The notes beneath the pieces were generated by a model. That model did no database searches and had not been told where the DNA came from. It saw only the letters and a program-made list of their open reading frames with translations. Shown here in pieces: positions 10,892 to 21,087 of a stretch of DNA of 47,776 nt. The stretch lies in contig JBBDJA010000014.1 of the NCBI GenBank assembly GCA_040880105.1, positions 1 through 47,776 of the forward strand. Reading direction: 5' to 3'. Within the stretch, counting starts at the first letter, position 1. Every line of letters starts with the position of its first letter. Origin of the DNA: Waddliaceae bacterium (GTDB lineage: Bacteria; Chlamydiota; Chlamydiia; Chlamydiales; SLOH01). A program made the position numbers and the translations under genes.

Positions 10892-11188
10892 ATGCAGGAA
10901 GAGACTTTAGGTAGCTGCAAGGCTTCGGCAGTTTTCAAGGTGAAAAATGATCGTGGATTACACACCCGTCCCGCAACAGAAATTGTCAAATGTGCGGCTC
11001 GTTTCAAATCTAATATTCGGCTGATTCATAAAAAAGTCGAAGTTAACGCAAAATCCATCTTAGGTGTTCTCATGCTCGCAGCAAGCAAGGGGACTCGAAT
11101 TAAAATAGAGGCAATTGGGATCGATGCTGAAGAGGCTGTCGCCTCTCTTATTGCGCTTGCGAATAATCAATTTGACATTGATTATTAA
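10892..11188 (+). CDS. ptsH: Phosphocarrier protein HPr
   Basis: GLHTRPA and NAKSILGVLML motifs. Confidence 0.95.
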   Translation: MQEETLGSCKASAVFKVKNDRGLHTRPATEIVKCAARFKSNIRLIHKKVEVNAKSILGVLMLAASKGTRIKIEAIGIDAEEAVASLIALANNQFDIDY

Positions 11189-11605
11189 CTAATCTTCTAC
11201 AGGAATGGTCTTGTCGAGTACATCTTGTGTGCAGTAGACAGGGGCGTTTTGCATAAGGGCTAAGGTGATTGCATCTGAAGGGCGGGAATCGATTTCAATG
11301 ATACGTCTCATGTCGCCTTGCTGTTGCTCAAGAAAAATTCTTGCAAAGTACACAGTCTCTTGTAGATCAATAATGACTACCTGTTTAAGCCGTATATCCA
11401 TGCCTAGAAAAATCGAGTCGATTAAATCATGAGTAAGGGGTCTTGGCTTTTCAGCGCCTGTAAGATATAACTGCAAAGTGCGCCCGATAGATGGATCGGT
11501 ATAGATTGCAAACCGCTTTTCACCGGCTCCTAGAATAATCATCGTATAAGAGCGCGTTTGCATGATCTTGTCAAAATTGAGTTGAATCAGGTGTCCTATC
11601 ATCAT
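11189..11605 (-). CDS. Bifunctional nuclease family protein (DUF151)
   Basis: PRPLTHDL, YFARIFL, EIDSRPSDAI. Confidence 0.92.
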   Translation of the reverse strand: MMIGHLIQLNFDKIMQTRSYTMIILGAGEKRFAIYTDPSIGRTLQLYLTGAEKPRPLTHDLIDSIFLGMDIRLKQVVIIDLQETVYFARIFLEQQQGDMRRIIEIDSRPSDAITLALMQNAPVYCTQDVLDKTIPVED

Positions 11606-11618
11606 TTTGTATGTTAAC

Positions 11619-12296
11619 TTATCCCTTTATTTCTGTCACTTTTCCGGAGGCTGATCCGCAGATTACCTTTGTTGCGAAATTTAAAAAAAGGCCCGTCTCC
11701 AAGATTCCCGGAATGCGACCCAAGAGTTGCTGGAAGCTTTGTAGGTCTTTTAATTCAGAGGGGAGGTTAAGGTCAATGGTGTAATTGCCGTTGTCAGAAA
11801 CTAATGCCTTGCCATTCTCCGTCCGCAAATTAGAGGTAAACCCGTGCTTTTCAATTGCATATTTTGTCGATTCCCACCCAAAGGGCAATACCTCAAGTGG
11901 CAGGGACTCTCCTGAAAAGTCAGAGACCATTTTAGAATCATCCACAATGACGATCATTTGTTTGCTTGAATAGGCAATGATTTTTTCTCGTAAAAGCGCG
12001 CCGCCGCGTCCTTTAATTAGGTTTAAAGAGGGGTCAACTGCATCGGCTCCGTCAATCGTTAGGTCAATCTCTGTGAAGTTTCTGCTGATGGGAATGTGGT
12101 GTTTTTTTGCGAGTTCTTCAGATCGAATCGAAGTGGGAATACCTGTGATATTTAAACCCTCAAGGCAGCGATGTCCAAGAGCTTCCAGAAAATACTTGAC
12201 TGTTGAACCGGTTCCAAGCCCGATTTGCATTCCAGGCTTAACAAAAGAAAGTGCCTTCTCTGCAGCTAATTTTTTTGCCTTTTCGATTGTAGTCAT
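11619..12296 (-). CDS. rpiA: Ribose-5-phosphate isomerase A
   Basis: GLGTGST, DGAD, IKGRGGALLREK. Confidence 0.97.
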   Translation of the reverse strand: MTTIEKAKKLAAEKALSFVKPGMQIGLGTGSTVKYFLEALGHRCLEGLNITGIPTSIRSEELAKKHHIPISRNFTEIDLTIDGADAVDPSLNLIKGRGGALLREKIIAYSSKQMIVIVDDSKMVSDFSGESLPLEVLPFGWESTKYAIEKHGFTSNLRTENGKALVSDNGNYTIDLNLPSELKDLQSFQQLLGRIPGILETGLFLNFATKVICGSASGKVTEIKG

Positions 12297-12340
12297 CGCA
12301 GTTATTTCGTATATTCTTTGTTTTAAACAATGAGGTCGAC

Positions 12341-13093
12341 ATGATTACATTGCAAGAGCTTTGTGACTACCTAGAGCAATTATTTGATGTCTCGCAATTT
12401 TTGGATTACTGTCCAAACGGTTTGCAGGTGGAAGGAAAAACAGAAATTAAAAAAGTGGCGACAGCTGTGACAGCCAGTTTAAAAGCAATTGAGGAAGCAG
12501 TCGCAATGGATGCCGATCTTTTACTTGTTCATCACGGTCTATTTTGGAAAGGGGGAAGTCAAATCGTAACAGGTCCCATGAGAAAAAAGCTTGCACTCCT
12601 CCTCAAAAACAAGCTCTCTCTACTTGGATATCACCTCCCAATGGACGCACACCGAGAATTCGGGAATAATTGGAAAGCGGCAAGGGAGATGCAATGGAAA
12701 GATCTTCAGCCTTTTTTTTCGATCAATGGGATGGCGATAGGGGTTCAGGGAAAGGTTGATCTTCCCCGCATTGAATTTCAAAAGAGACTTGAGAAGTACT
12801 ATAACCACAATGCTCAAGTGGCACTTGGAGGCAAAGAGCACATTTTTTCAGCTGGCCTTGTCTCAGGGGGCGCCTACAAACAGATTCAAGATGCGGCAGT
12901 AGCCGGTCTTGATGCCTTTGTGACTGGAAATACGGATGAGCCCGCTTGGTATCTTGCGCATGAAGAAGGGGTGAATTTTTACTCTCTTGGACATTCCGCA
13001 ACAGAAAAAATTGGTCCAAAAGCCATTGGAGAACATCTTAGAGAGAAGTTTGGAGTTGATGTGGTGTTTATCGATTGCGACAACCCGTTTTAG
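12341..13093 (+). CDS. Nif3/YbgI-like dinuclear metal centre protein (DUF34)
   Basis: DYCPNGLQVEG, HHGLFW, YHLPMDAH, GHSATE. Confidence 0.93.
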   Translation: MITLQELCDYLEQLFDVSQFLDYCPNGLQVEGKTEIKKVATAVTASLKAIEEAVAMDADLLLVHHGLFWKGGSQIVTGPMRKKLALLLKNKLSLLGYHLPMDAHREFGNNWKAAREMQWKDLQPFFSINGMAIGVQGKVDLPRIEFQKRLEKYYNHNAQVALGGKEHIFSAGLVSGGAYKQIQDAAVAGLDAFVTGNTDEPAWYLAHEEGVNFYSLGHSATEKIGPKAIGEHLREKFGVDVVFIDCDNPF

Positions 13094-13101
13094 CCTAGAG
13101 A

Positions 13102-13413
13102 CTATTCGGGTTTTCCTTTGACTCTTTTGTTAAGCTCCCTTCCCTCTTCAATTTCGTGCTTTAAATCATGGATGAGATGAAGAACATACTGACTCTTGAC
13201 CTTGGCAGGATGTTTATTTTCGTCGAAGAGAGAGATTTCTTTTGATTTTAGAGAGATTCGCTCGTCAGCGTGGCGCTTGATATAAATTTCAATTGCTTGT
13301 CGCATACGACTTAAAGCTTTTTCGTTAATTAAGCGATTTTCTTCATCGAATTGTTTTTTTAGCTTTTGCCTTGCCTTTTGAATTGCTTTGCTTTCTTTTG
13401 CATTTTTCGCCAT
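13102..13413 (-). CDS. Hypothetical basic, helical protein
   Basis: 103-aa Lys/Arg/Glu-rich ORF with GAGGG RBS. Confidence 0.65.
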   Translation of the reverse strand: MAKNAKESKAIQKARQKLKKQFDEENRLINEKALSRMRQAIEIYIKRHADERISLKSKEISLFDENKHPAKVKSQYVLHLIHDLKHEIEEGRELNKRVKGKPE

Positions 13414-13522
13414 AGTCCCTCTCTGCTTCTCTACTACTTTAGTATAGCATATAATTAATATTTTACTCTTTTAGAAACGAAGAGTGTTGACAGAAAACCA
13501 CTTAAGGCTTAACAATTTCTTC

Positions 13523-14785
13523 ATGGACAATTTGATTGACACATTAGAAGCGCGCGGATTCATCGAATCGATGACAGGCAGTGAAATCAAGAATTTGGTG
13601 AATCAACCGATCTCTGTTTATTGTGGGTTTGATCCGACTGCAGATAGCCTGCATTTAGGGAATATGGTCGGCTTGATGGGATTGCGGTGGTTTCAAAAAT
13701 TCGGAGCCACGTCGATCGCCCTTTTAGGCGGGGCAACTGGAATGATCGGAGATCCTTCGGGAAAAGCAAAAGAGCGCTCTCTTCTTGACAAAGCGACACT
13801 AGAAAAAAATATATCGGGAATACAAAAAGATATTGAAAAGATCGTCCCAGGGGCTGTTTTACTCAATAATTATGATTGGTTTGAAAAGTTTTCCTTTGTC
13901 GATTTCTTAAGAGATGTGGGGAAACATTTTCGAGTCGGACCGATGCTTGCAAAAGAAAGCGTGCGCTCTCGTTTAGAATCCGAAGAGGGGATGAGTTTTA
14001 CTGAATTTAGCTATCAATTACTTCAAGGATATGACTTTCTTTATCTCTTTCAGAACCATAATGTCACAATGCAAATTGGCGGAAGCGATCAATGGGGGAA
14101 TATCACTGCAGGGAAAGAACTGGTGCGTAAAGTCAAAGGCAAAAATGTCCACGGCTTGACCTTTCCCTTATTGACAACAGGCGATGGGAAAAAATTTGGA
14201 AAAACCGAGAAAGGAGCGATTTGGCTCTCAAGCGAAAAACTTTCTCCCTATGACTTTTATCAGCATTTATTTCGAATTGGCGATGAGGATGTGATTCGTT
14301 TTATGAAAATGCTCACGTTCATGGAACTCGATGAGATAAATGCAATTGAAAGGCAAATGAAACATGCGGATTACCTCCCAAATACAGCTCAGAGACGCCT
14401 TGCAGAAGAGGTCACACGTTTGGTTCATGGGGATGAGGGAGTTTCGATTGCTGAAAAAATCACAGCACACGCAGCCCCGGGAAAGGTCACTGAGCTCAAT
14501 GAAACAACTTTAAAACAGATGGCAACGGAAATACCATGTCATGAAAGATTAAAAGAAGAGTTAATCGAAAAGCCGTTGATCGAAGTTACTGTTGCTACTT
14601 CAATGATAAAAAGTAAGGGTGAAGCAAAGCGCCTCATACGTGGCGGTGGGCTTTATTTGAACAATGAAAAAGTATCCGATGAAAATCAAATAATCAATGA
14701 ATCAGATTTGATTTCCGGAGAATATCTGCTGTTTGCTATCGGGAAAAAGAGAAAAGAGATTATTCATGTCTCAAATTATTCTTGA
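13523..14785 (+). CDS. tyrS: Tyrosine--tRNA ligase
   Basis: YCGFDPTADSLHLG, QIGGSDQWGNI, KFGKT, C-terminal S4 domain. Start moved to ATG 13523 because the upstream GTG overlaps a TTGACA box. Confidence 0.97.
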   Translation: MDNLIDTLEARGFIESMTGSEIKNLVNQPISVYCGFDPTADSLHLGNMVGLMGLRWFQKFGATSIALLGGATGMIGDPSGKAKERSLLDKATLEKNISGIQKDIEKIVPGAVLLNNYDWFEKFSFVDFLRDVGKHFRVGPMLAKESVRSRLESEEGMSFTEFSYQLLQGYDFLYLFQNHNVTMQIGGSDQWGNITAGKELVRKVKGKNVHGLTFPLLTTGDGKKFGKTEKGAIWLSSEKLSPYDFYQHLFRIGDEDVIRFMKMLTFMELDEINAIERQMKHADYLPNTAQRRLAEEVTRLVHGDEGVSIAEKITAHAAPGKVTELNETTLKQMATEIPCHERLKEELIEKPLIEVTVATSMIKSKGEAKRLIRGGGLYLNNEKVSDENQIINESDLISGEYLLFAIGKKRKEIIHVSNYS

Positions 14786-14847
14786 TACAAAACAGAATTT
14801 ATATATGATGAACAATACTTATTTCCTGAATTGAGGAGTCGCAAGGT

Positions 14848-15189
14848 ATGGAACCAAGTGGATATAGAGAAGAAGACGATCTAAAAAAAGAAACAATGAC
14901 AAAGAAGAAATTGATTCATTCAATTTCTCAGGACAAAGGGATACACCCTAATGACGTGCGTCATGTGGTTCAGGCGTTTTTGGATAAAATGACAGAGTGT
15001 TTATCCAAAGGAGAAAGGCTCGAGTTTCGAGATTTTGGCGTATTCGATGTTGTAATGCGAAAGCCAAAAGTCGGGCGTAATCCTAAAAAAGCTGCCGAAC
15101 CCATCATCATTCCGGAAAGACGAGCGGTAAAATTCTCGCCCGGAAAGAAAATGCGTCAGTTAATCGAAAGTGCGATCGACCAAGAATAA
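14848..15189 (+). CDS. ihfA: Integration host factor / HU family DNA-binding protein
   Basis: MTKKKLI...RLEFRDFGVF...GRNPK...VKFSPGK; true start may be ATG 14896. Confidence 0.9.
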   Translation: MEPSGYREEDDLKKETMTKKKLIHSISQDKGIHPNDVRHVVQAFLDKMTECLSKGERLEFRDFGVFDVVMRKPKVGRNPKKAAEPIIIPERRAVKFSPGKKMRQLIESAIDQE

Positions 15190-15219
15190 TTCGCTTTTTC
15201 ATTTGTTATCGGATTTTCC

Positions 15220-16275
15220 TTGGAAAAAAGGCGGATTCTTAATATCCTGAATATTAATTTTTGGGGTTTTATCATGTCTTTTCCACGTTTTTTAGGCGTA
15301 CTATCCGTAATTATATTTGGAACGATATTGGGAGCCTCTTTTTTAAAGAGGCAAAACAATCCATCGCCATCTTTGAAAGTGGATGAAATTGTCACAATTG
15401 AAGCGCCCGGCAATCAGGAAGGGCTTACTGTTCTGCTTGAGCAGACCATTCCTGAAGAAGAAGTCGCGCAGTCACAAATAAATGCACGTGAAAAAAGGCA
15501 GGAAGAGACTCTTGAAGAGGTAGATCGGCTAAATGAACTATTTTCTGTTACAGGAAAGAAAAGCCCCATTGTTCAGACGATTACCTATAAGTCAAGTGTA
15601 CCTTGGTTAAAAGGACGCTCTGCATGGCTTTGCGATTATGCCACACATTATAAAACGTCGCGCCACTTCATCGCTCGCAGTTTGAATGGAAAGCCTGATT
15701 ATGAAAAACAAGACATCGCCAATGGCGATCGATTTAATGTTTTAAATCCTGACCTCGATATAAGGTTTCACCTCCTTGTAGATCTTACAACTTCGCGCAT
15801 GTGGTTTTCATATCAAGAAGGAGAGAGTGAAAAGCATCATTTATTAAAGACATATAAAGTGGGTCTCGGTCGTCCGGATGAATATAGCGCCTCAGGATAT
15901 CTCACACCCACTGGAACGTATAGTTTAGGTGACCGCGTTGCCACTTTCAAACCAAAAAAGATTGCCCTCCATCAAGGAGAGCGTAAAGAAATGATCCAAG
16001 TTTTCGGTACGCGTTGGATCCCTTTTAATGAAGAGATAGAAGGGTGTAGCGAACCTGCTAAAGGATTTGGGATTCACGGGCTTCCTCTCGTTAAAAATGA
16101 TGAGGGTGTCATAGAAGAGAACTTAGACAGTATCGGAAAATTTGAAAGCGATGGCTGCATTCGTCTTAAAACTGCCGATGTTGAAGAGCTGTTTGCTATT
16201 ATTATAACAAAGCCGACTCAGATCGAGTTGGTTAAAGATGTTCAAGAGAATTCAAAGTTAAAAATGTATGAATAG
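15220..16275 (+). CDS. Membrane-anchored L,D-transpeptidase (YkuD) family protein
   Basis: N-terminal TM helix; YKVGLG, TPTGTY, FGTRWI, GIHG...SDGCIRL; start may be the ATG of MSFPR. Confidence 0.8.
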   Translation: MEKRRILNILNINFWGFIMSFPRFLGVLSVIIFGTILGASFLKRQNNPSPSLKVDEIVTIEAPGNQEGLTVLLEQTIPEEEVAQSQINAREKRQEETLEEVDRLNELFSVTGKKSPIVQTITYKSSVPWLKGRSAWLCDYATHYKTSRHFIARSLNGKPDYEKQDIANGDRFNVLNPDLDIRFHLLVDLTTSRMWFSYQEGESEKHHLLKTYKVGLGRPDEYSASGYLTPTGTYSLGDRVATFKPKKIALHQGERKEMIQVFGTRWIPFNEEIEGCSEPAKGFGIHGLPLVKNDEGVIEENLDSIGKFESDGCIRLKTADVEELFAIIITKPTQIELVKDVQENSKLKMYE

Positions 16276-16296
16276 CAAAAGTAAAGTGTAAGACAA

Positions 16297-17259
16297 ATGG
16301 ACATCCTACCGCACGAAAAGAAAATCTATGAGTACCTCAACGCGATCAATCATCTAAAAAAGCAAAGTAAAGGTGAAGATGTCTTCGAAGAGGAGATTCA
16401 TAAGTTAGAAGCCAAGCTTGATCAGATTAAGATGGATGTCTTTAGCAAGCTCACACCTTGGCAACGGATCCAAATCTCAAGACACCCGAATCGTCCACAT
16501 ACATTAGATTATATCGAGACTATCTGCGACCGGTTTATAGAGCTTTCAGGAGACCGACTGTACAGAGATGATACCGCCGTTATCGGGGGGCTTGCAAAAA
16601 TCGGAAACCTAAATTGCATGTTGATCGGTCAAGAAAAAGGGAAAGATACGGAAAGTCGCGTTCGACATAATTTCGGTATGGCACATCCCGAAGGGTTTCG
16701 AAAGGCGCTGCGTCTGATGCGGTTGGCTGAAAAATTTCAACTCCCTGTTGTCACTTTTCTTGACACCCCAGGGGCTTATCCCGGACTTGAAGCAGAAGAG
16801 AGAGGACAAGGTCTTGCAATTGCTGAAAATCTGCGTGAGATGTCAGTCCTTAAAACAGCAATTATTGTGGTTGTAATAGGCGAAGGCTGTTCAGGTGGTG
16901 CGCTTGGAATGGGGGTAGGCGATAGCATTGGCATGCTGGAGCACGCGTATTACTCGGTCATTTCTCCCGAAGGCTGCGCATCGATTCTTTGGAAAGATCC
17001 AGGAAAAAATATTGACGCTGCCGAAGCACTTAAACTTAACTCTGAAGATCTACAAAGATTTGGCGTGATAGACACAATTATTAAAGAACCGATTGGCGGT
17101 GCGCACCTTAATCCCAAGGAAGCGATGGATAATGTGAAATCTTTTATTCTAGATCAATGGCGAATTCTTAGAAATATTCCGATCCACTTGCTTCTTGATC
17201 AACGCTATACAAAATTCCGCACCATTGGCGAATTTGAAGAACATGAGGCAGTAAAGTGA
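16297..17259 (+). CDS. accA: Acetyl-CoA carboxylase carboxyltransferase alpha
   Basis: RHPNRP, NFGMAHPEGFRKA, DTPGAYPG, GEGCSGGA. Confidence 0.98.
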   Translation: MDILPHEKKIYEYLNAINHLKKQSKGEDVFEEEIHKLEAKLDQIKMDVFSKLTPWQRIQISRHPNRPHTLDYIETICDRFIELSGDRLYRDDTAVIGGLAKIGNLNCMLIGQEKGKDTESRVRHNFGMAHPEGFRKALRLMRLAEKFQLPVVTFLDTPGAYPGLEAEERGQGLAIAENLREMSVLKTAIIVVVIGEGCSGGALGMGVGDSIGMLEHAYYSVISPEGCASILWKDPGKNIDAAEALKLNSEDLQRFGVIDTIIKEPIGGAHLNPKEAMDNVKSFILDQWRILRNIPIHLLLDQRYTKFRTIGEFEEHEAVK

Positions 17260-19007
17260 GATGGCTTCTTAGAGCTTCATTGAGTCAGCCTAAAAATCGC
17301 GCCCTTTTTGTAGTGATCATTATTTCAATGATACTACTGACAACAGCAACTCAGCTTGAGATGCTTGCCATTGGGATTATGACCAATAAAAGCGCAGATT
17401 CTGACTCATCAGATATTATTCAAAGGACAATCGATGCCATTAACCCGTATCTTGACCTTTCAAATAGCTGGCAGAATCTTGCAATTTTTATTGTATTTGT
17501 CGCTTTATACAAAGCGATCAATATGTTTGTATATCGCTACAGCAATAAAAAACTTGCGATCTATGTCTCTCGAGATTTAAGAAAGAAATATTTCGATCAT
17601 ATGCAAAGGTTGCCTATGCGGTTCTTTCTCGATTATAAGATCGGATCGCTTGCCTCCCGTGTCAGCTACGATTCGATGATGATTGCCGATGCAATTAACG
17701 CCGCACTTGTAAACTATATCCAAACCCCCTTTACTCTGATAACAACGCTGACCCTTTGTTTTTTAACCTCGTGGAAGCTTTCTCTCCTTATTTTTATTGG
17801 ATTTCCTACTCTTCTATTACCGATTGTCTATCTTTCGAATAAAGTGCGCCACCTCTCAAAACAGCTTCAACGGCAGCAAGAGGATTTTACCTCCGTTCTG
17901 ATCGACTTTCTACGTGGCATATTGACTGTCAAAGTATTTGCAATGGAAAAGGTGTCAGAACGTAAATACCAAGAGCAAAATGAATTGATGGCCCATCTTG
18001 AAAAAAAGGGCGCCAAATACGACCTTGCGACAAGGCCGATTGTGCATACACTTGCAATGGTCTTCCTCTCTATCTCTTTAATTTGGGGTCTTTACGGTCT
18101 AGATCTTTCTGTTCCGGAAGCGTTTTTTTTCTGTGGCCTTTTGCATGTCTTCTATGAGCCGATAAAGAAATTTGCCGAGCAAAATGGACAAATTCAAAGA
18201 GGGATTGCCGCCTCTGAGAGAATGCAAGAGATTTTAAGTATCCAATTTATAGATGAAGAAGAGAAACCCTCATTTACTGACTTTTCAAAAGAGATCAGCT
18301 TTAAAAATGTCAGCTTCGGTTATGGCGAGCAATCTGTGCTATCCAATATCTCATTTACAATTAAAAGAGGGCAGAAAGTTGCGCTTGTCGGTCCGACCGG
18401 CTCGGGTAAATCTACCCTTGTTCAACTGCTTCCAAGGCTGTATGAATTAAATGAAGGCGAAGTCTTGATCGATGGTGTCTCTCACTCATCCTATTCTCAA
18501 AAATCGCTCCGCGAAAAAATCGCTTTTGTTCCTCAAATGCCATTTCTGTTTCTAGATACGATTGCCGATAATATTGCATTCGGGAATGAGTATACGCAGG
18601 ACGCAATTGTAGAAGCGGCCAAAAAAGCCCAAGCCCACGAGTTTATTGAAAAACTTCCTCTTCAGTACCAAACGCAAATTTCCGACGCGGGAAAAAACTT
18701 CTCCGGAGGTCAGCAACAGCGCCTTGCAATTGCGCGCGCCTTAATTAAGAAAGCACCGATCCTTATTCTTGATGAGGCCACAGCTGCTCTTGATACCGTT
18801 AGTGAAGAGAAAATCCGGATTGCACTTGAAAATATCCGAGGAAAAGTGACACAGATTATTATCGCTCACCGCCTTTCCACGATTGAAGATGCAGATACGA
18901 TTTTGTATTTGGAGCAAGGCCGTCTCATCGCTCAAGGAACAAAAGATGAGCTTTTAAAGACCTGCCCTCCTTTTCAACAGATGTGGCAGCTGGGTGTCAA
19001 TCGGTGA
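17256..19007 (+). CDS. msbA: MsbA-like ABC exporter (TMD+NBD)
   Basis: GPTGSGKST, FSGGQQQR, ILDEAT; follows accA as in chlamydial genomes. Confidence 0.8.
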   Translation: MRWLLRASLSQPKNRALFVVIIISMILLTTATQLEMLAIGIMTNKSADSDSSDIIQRTIDAINPYLDLSNSWQNLAIFIVFVALYKAINMFVYRYSNKKLAIYVSRDLRKKYFDHMQRLPMRFFLDYKIGSLASRVSYDSMMIADAINAALVNYIQTPFTLITTLTLCFLTSWKLSLLIFIGFPTLLLPIVYLSNKVRHLSKQLQRQQEDFTSVLIDFLRGILTVKVFAMEKVSERKYQEQNELMAHLEKKGAKYDLATRPIVHTLAMVFLSISLIWGLYGLDLSVPEAFFFCGLLHVFYEPIKKFAEQNGQIQRGIAASERMQEILSIQFIDEEEKPSFTDFSKEISFKNVSFGYGEQSVLSNISFTIKRGQKVALVGPTGSGKSTLVQLLPRLYELNEGEVLIDGVSHSSYSQKSLREKIAFVPQMPFLFLDTIADNIAFGNEYTQDAIVEAAKKAQAHEFIEKLPLQYQTQISDAGKNFSGGQQQRLAIARALIKKAPILILDEATAALDTVSEEKIRIALENIRGKVTQIIIAHRLSTIEDADTILYLEQGRLIAQGTKDELLKTCPPFQQMWQLGVNR

Positions 19008-19675
19008 AGAAAAGAGCTGTTGTCGTCCACTCAGGTGGAATGGACTCATCGATTTGTCTCGCCCTTGCTTTGAAAGAGTTTGGAAAGGAAAATGTCTTAA
19101 GTATTTCTTTTCAGTACGATCAAAGGCATTCTAATGAAATCACCGCCGCAAAGAAGATCTGCAAAGAGTGGGGAGTTGATCAAACCATTTTAGAGATCAA
19201 GTGCCTAAAAGAGATCACGGAAGATGCGCTGACTTGCCACGATCTGCCGATCACAATGACTCCACAAGGGGAACCCTCGACCCTCGTTTTGGGGCGCAAC
19301 GGTCTTATGGCAAGACTTGCCGCTATCCATGCCCATCATCTAGGCGCAGGTTGTATTTATATGGGTGTTATTGAGGTTGAAGAGGCAAATTCGGGGTATC
19401 GTGACTGCTCGAGAAAATACATGGATTTGATGGAGCAAATTCTTCGCATTGATCTGAATGCATTCGAATTTGAGATTCGAACACCACTTGTCAAAATGAC
19501 TAAACTTGAGACAATGGAACTTGCCCAATCTCTCCAAATCTTACCATACCTACTTAAAAACACGATTACTTGCTACCAAGGTCTTGCCTCAGATGGATGC
19601 ATGGTGTGTCCTGCTTGTATTTTAAGAAATGAAGCAATTGAACAGTTTAAAATAAAGTATCCAAACAGCTTATAG
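19004..19675 (+). CDS. queC: 7-cyano-7-deazaguanine synthase
   Basis: SGGMDS, FQYDQRH, GRN, GYRDC, TCY...GCMVCPACILR; GTG 19004 overlaps msbA stop. Confidence 0.93.
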   Translation: MKKRAVVVHSGGMDSSICLALALKEFGKENVLSISFQYDQRHSNEITAAKKICKEWGVDQTILEIKCLKEITEDALTCHDLPITMTPQGEPSTLVLGRNGLMARLAAIHAHHLGAGCIYMGVIEVEEANSGYRDCSRKYMDLMEQILRIDLNAFEFEIRTPLVKMTKLETMELAQSLQILPYLLKNTITCYQGLASDGCMVCPACILRNEAIEQFKIKYPNSL

Positions 19676-19709
19676 TCATGGCCTTTGCGACACTGATCAT
19701 CGTCTATTG

Positions 19710-19840
19710 TCTGAATAACTCAGATTGTTAAATTGAGCGCCTTTTTCGAGGGAATTGGATAAAATCGCACTCGATTGATTTTTCAAATTTTGGAAAAAAT
19801 TCACGCAAAATTTCATTAACCTGAGTTATTCAGAGGCTCC
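19710..19840. mobile_element. MITE-like element, copy 2 (central hairpin deleted, left end eroded)
   Basis: CTGAATAACTCAG...CTGAGTTATTCAGAGGCTCC; internal GAAAAAATTCACGCAAAATTTCATTAACCTG matches copy 1. Confidence 0.7.
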
Positions 19841-19875
19841 TATAGATGTGTCGAATATCAAGCGGATCAAACGAT

Positions 19876-20598
19876 TTAGTTAACGGAGCTTCCCACTACC
19901 GAAGGGGAGATAAGATTGAGCGCTTCGAAGCTTTTACGAAGCTGTTCATTTTCCGGTTTTTCAAGGGCGCCGCTTCCACTTAACCATTTAAGATAATGTG
20001 AAGGAAGCTGTTTTAGAGGTGTTCCTTGATGCTTTCCAAATGGCATATGTTGGAGAAGTCTTGGTTGATTGAGTAGCTCATATACTTGGTCGATACTAAG
20101 ATCATCAATCATTTTCGAGAAAATTTCCACCATCATCATGACGTCATCAAGGGCTCTGTGGGCGGAATTTTCCGGAATGCCGTAAATTTCTCTTAAGAAT
20201 TGTAACGCATGCCTAGGAATATCGGGACGATACCTTCTTGCCCAAGTGAGTGAGTCGATTGTTTTCCATTTAGGTGTCGGAAGGTCGTTTCGGGTCAGTT
20301 CATTTTTAAGTAGGGGCATGTCAAAGCGGTCGCCGTTATGAGCAATTAAAATCACATCTCCTTCACAAAACTCAAGAAACTGCTGACCAACTGTGGCAAA
20401 GCTTGGAGCATCTTTTACCATTTCATCTGTAATATGGTGAATTGCTGATGCTTCAGGGGGTATGGGTATGCCCGGATTTACAAAACTGACAAAGCTTGTG
20501 TCATTTGCTGCATCATATGCGGCAATTTCAATAATCTTGTCTTTGTCTGTGCGTATCCCTGTTGTTTCAGTATCAAAATAGATCGGACGACTAGCCAT
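19876..20598 (-). CDS. dnaQ: DEDDh 3'-5' exonuclease (DnaQ-like) with C-terminal DUF3820-type domain
   Basis: FDTETTG, AHNGDRFD, HRALDD; MPFGKHQG...YLKWL. Confidence 0.85.
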   Translation of the reverse strand: MASRPIYFDTETTGIRTDKDKIIEIAAYDAANDTSFVSFVNPGIPIPPEASAIHHITDEMVKDAPSFATVGQQFLEFCEGDVILIAHNGDRFDMPLLKNELTRNDLPTPKWKTIDSLTWARRYRPDIPRHALQFLREIYGIPENSAHRALDDVMMMVEIFSKMIDDLSIDQVYELLNQPRLLQHMPFGKHQGTPLKQLPSHYLKWLSGSGALEKPENEQLRKSFEALNLISPSVVGSSVN

Positions 20599-21079
20599 TA
20601 CTGCCTTTACCTTGGTTGTCTTGGCGCTTTTGCGCTTTTTTCATGACATCTTCAAATGTATTTTTCCCAACAGCTACAGTAATAACGACAGGACCATAGG
20701 CCTGAAGAACAGCTTCAAATGCCTTCAAATATTTTTCCAATAAATACTCTTCAATTTTGTTGTCCCTAACCGGGAGCATCTGCCTGTAAAAGAAGAGTCG
20801 TTTATTCTCTTCCATTCCAAATCCGGGAAGATCGAGCTCTTTGTTTGCAAGATGCAGAAGTCTTGCAAGATCGTTTTCTGCACCGTCTTTAATGTTTGCA
20901 GGAAAGAAAAGAAGCATTTGTAAAAGCCCGGACGGCTCAAAAAGTTTAAGGAAGATGGGGAATGTTTTACCTTCAATCTCAAGTTCGATAACTACTTGGT
21001 CTGTCTTTTCTTGAATGTGGGCCTTGTAACCTTTGTCTTGAACAAATTGAAGTAGGTTATCTAATGTGATGTCTAGCAT
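20591..21079 (-). CDS. YbjN-domain / class I type III secretion chaperone (CT260/Mcsc-like)
   Basis: DLARLLHLANKELDLPGFGM; adjacent to dnaQ as in chlamydiae. Confidence 0.75.
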   Translation of the reverse strand: MLDITLDNLLQFVQDKGYKAHIQEKTDQVVIELEIEGKTFPIFLKLFEPSGLLQMLLFFPANIKDGAENDLARLLHLANKELDLPGFGMEENKRLFFYRQMLPVRDNKIEEYLLEKYLKAFEAVLQAYGPVVITVAVGKNTFEDVMKKAQKRQDNQGKGSNG

Positions 21080-21087
21080 AATTTCCT

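Noticed and set aside
19004..19675. QueC as part of an anti-phage system (Qat or CBASS type IV)
   Set aside because: Canonical QueC length and motifs in a housekeeping operon, with no defence partners
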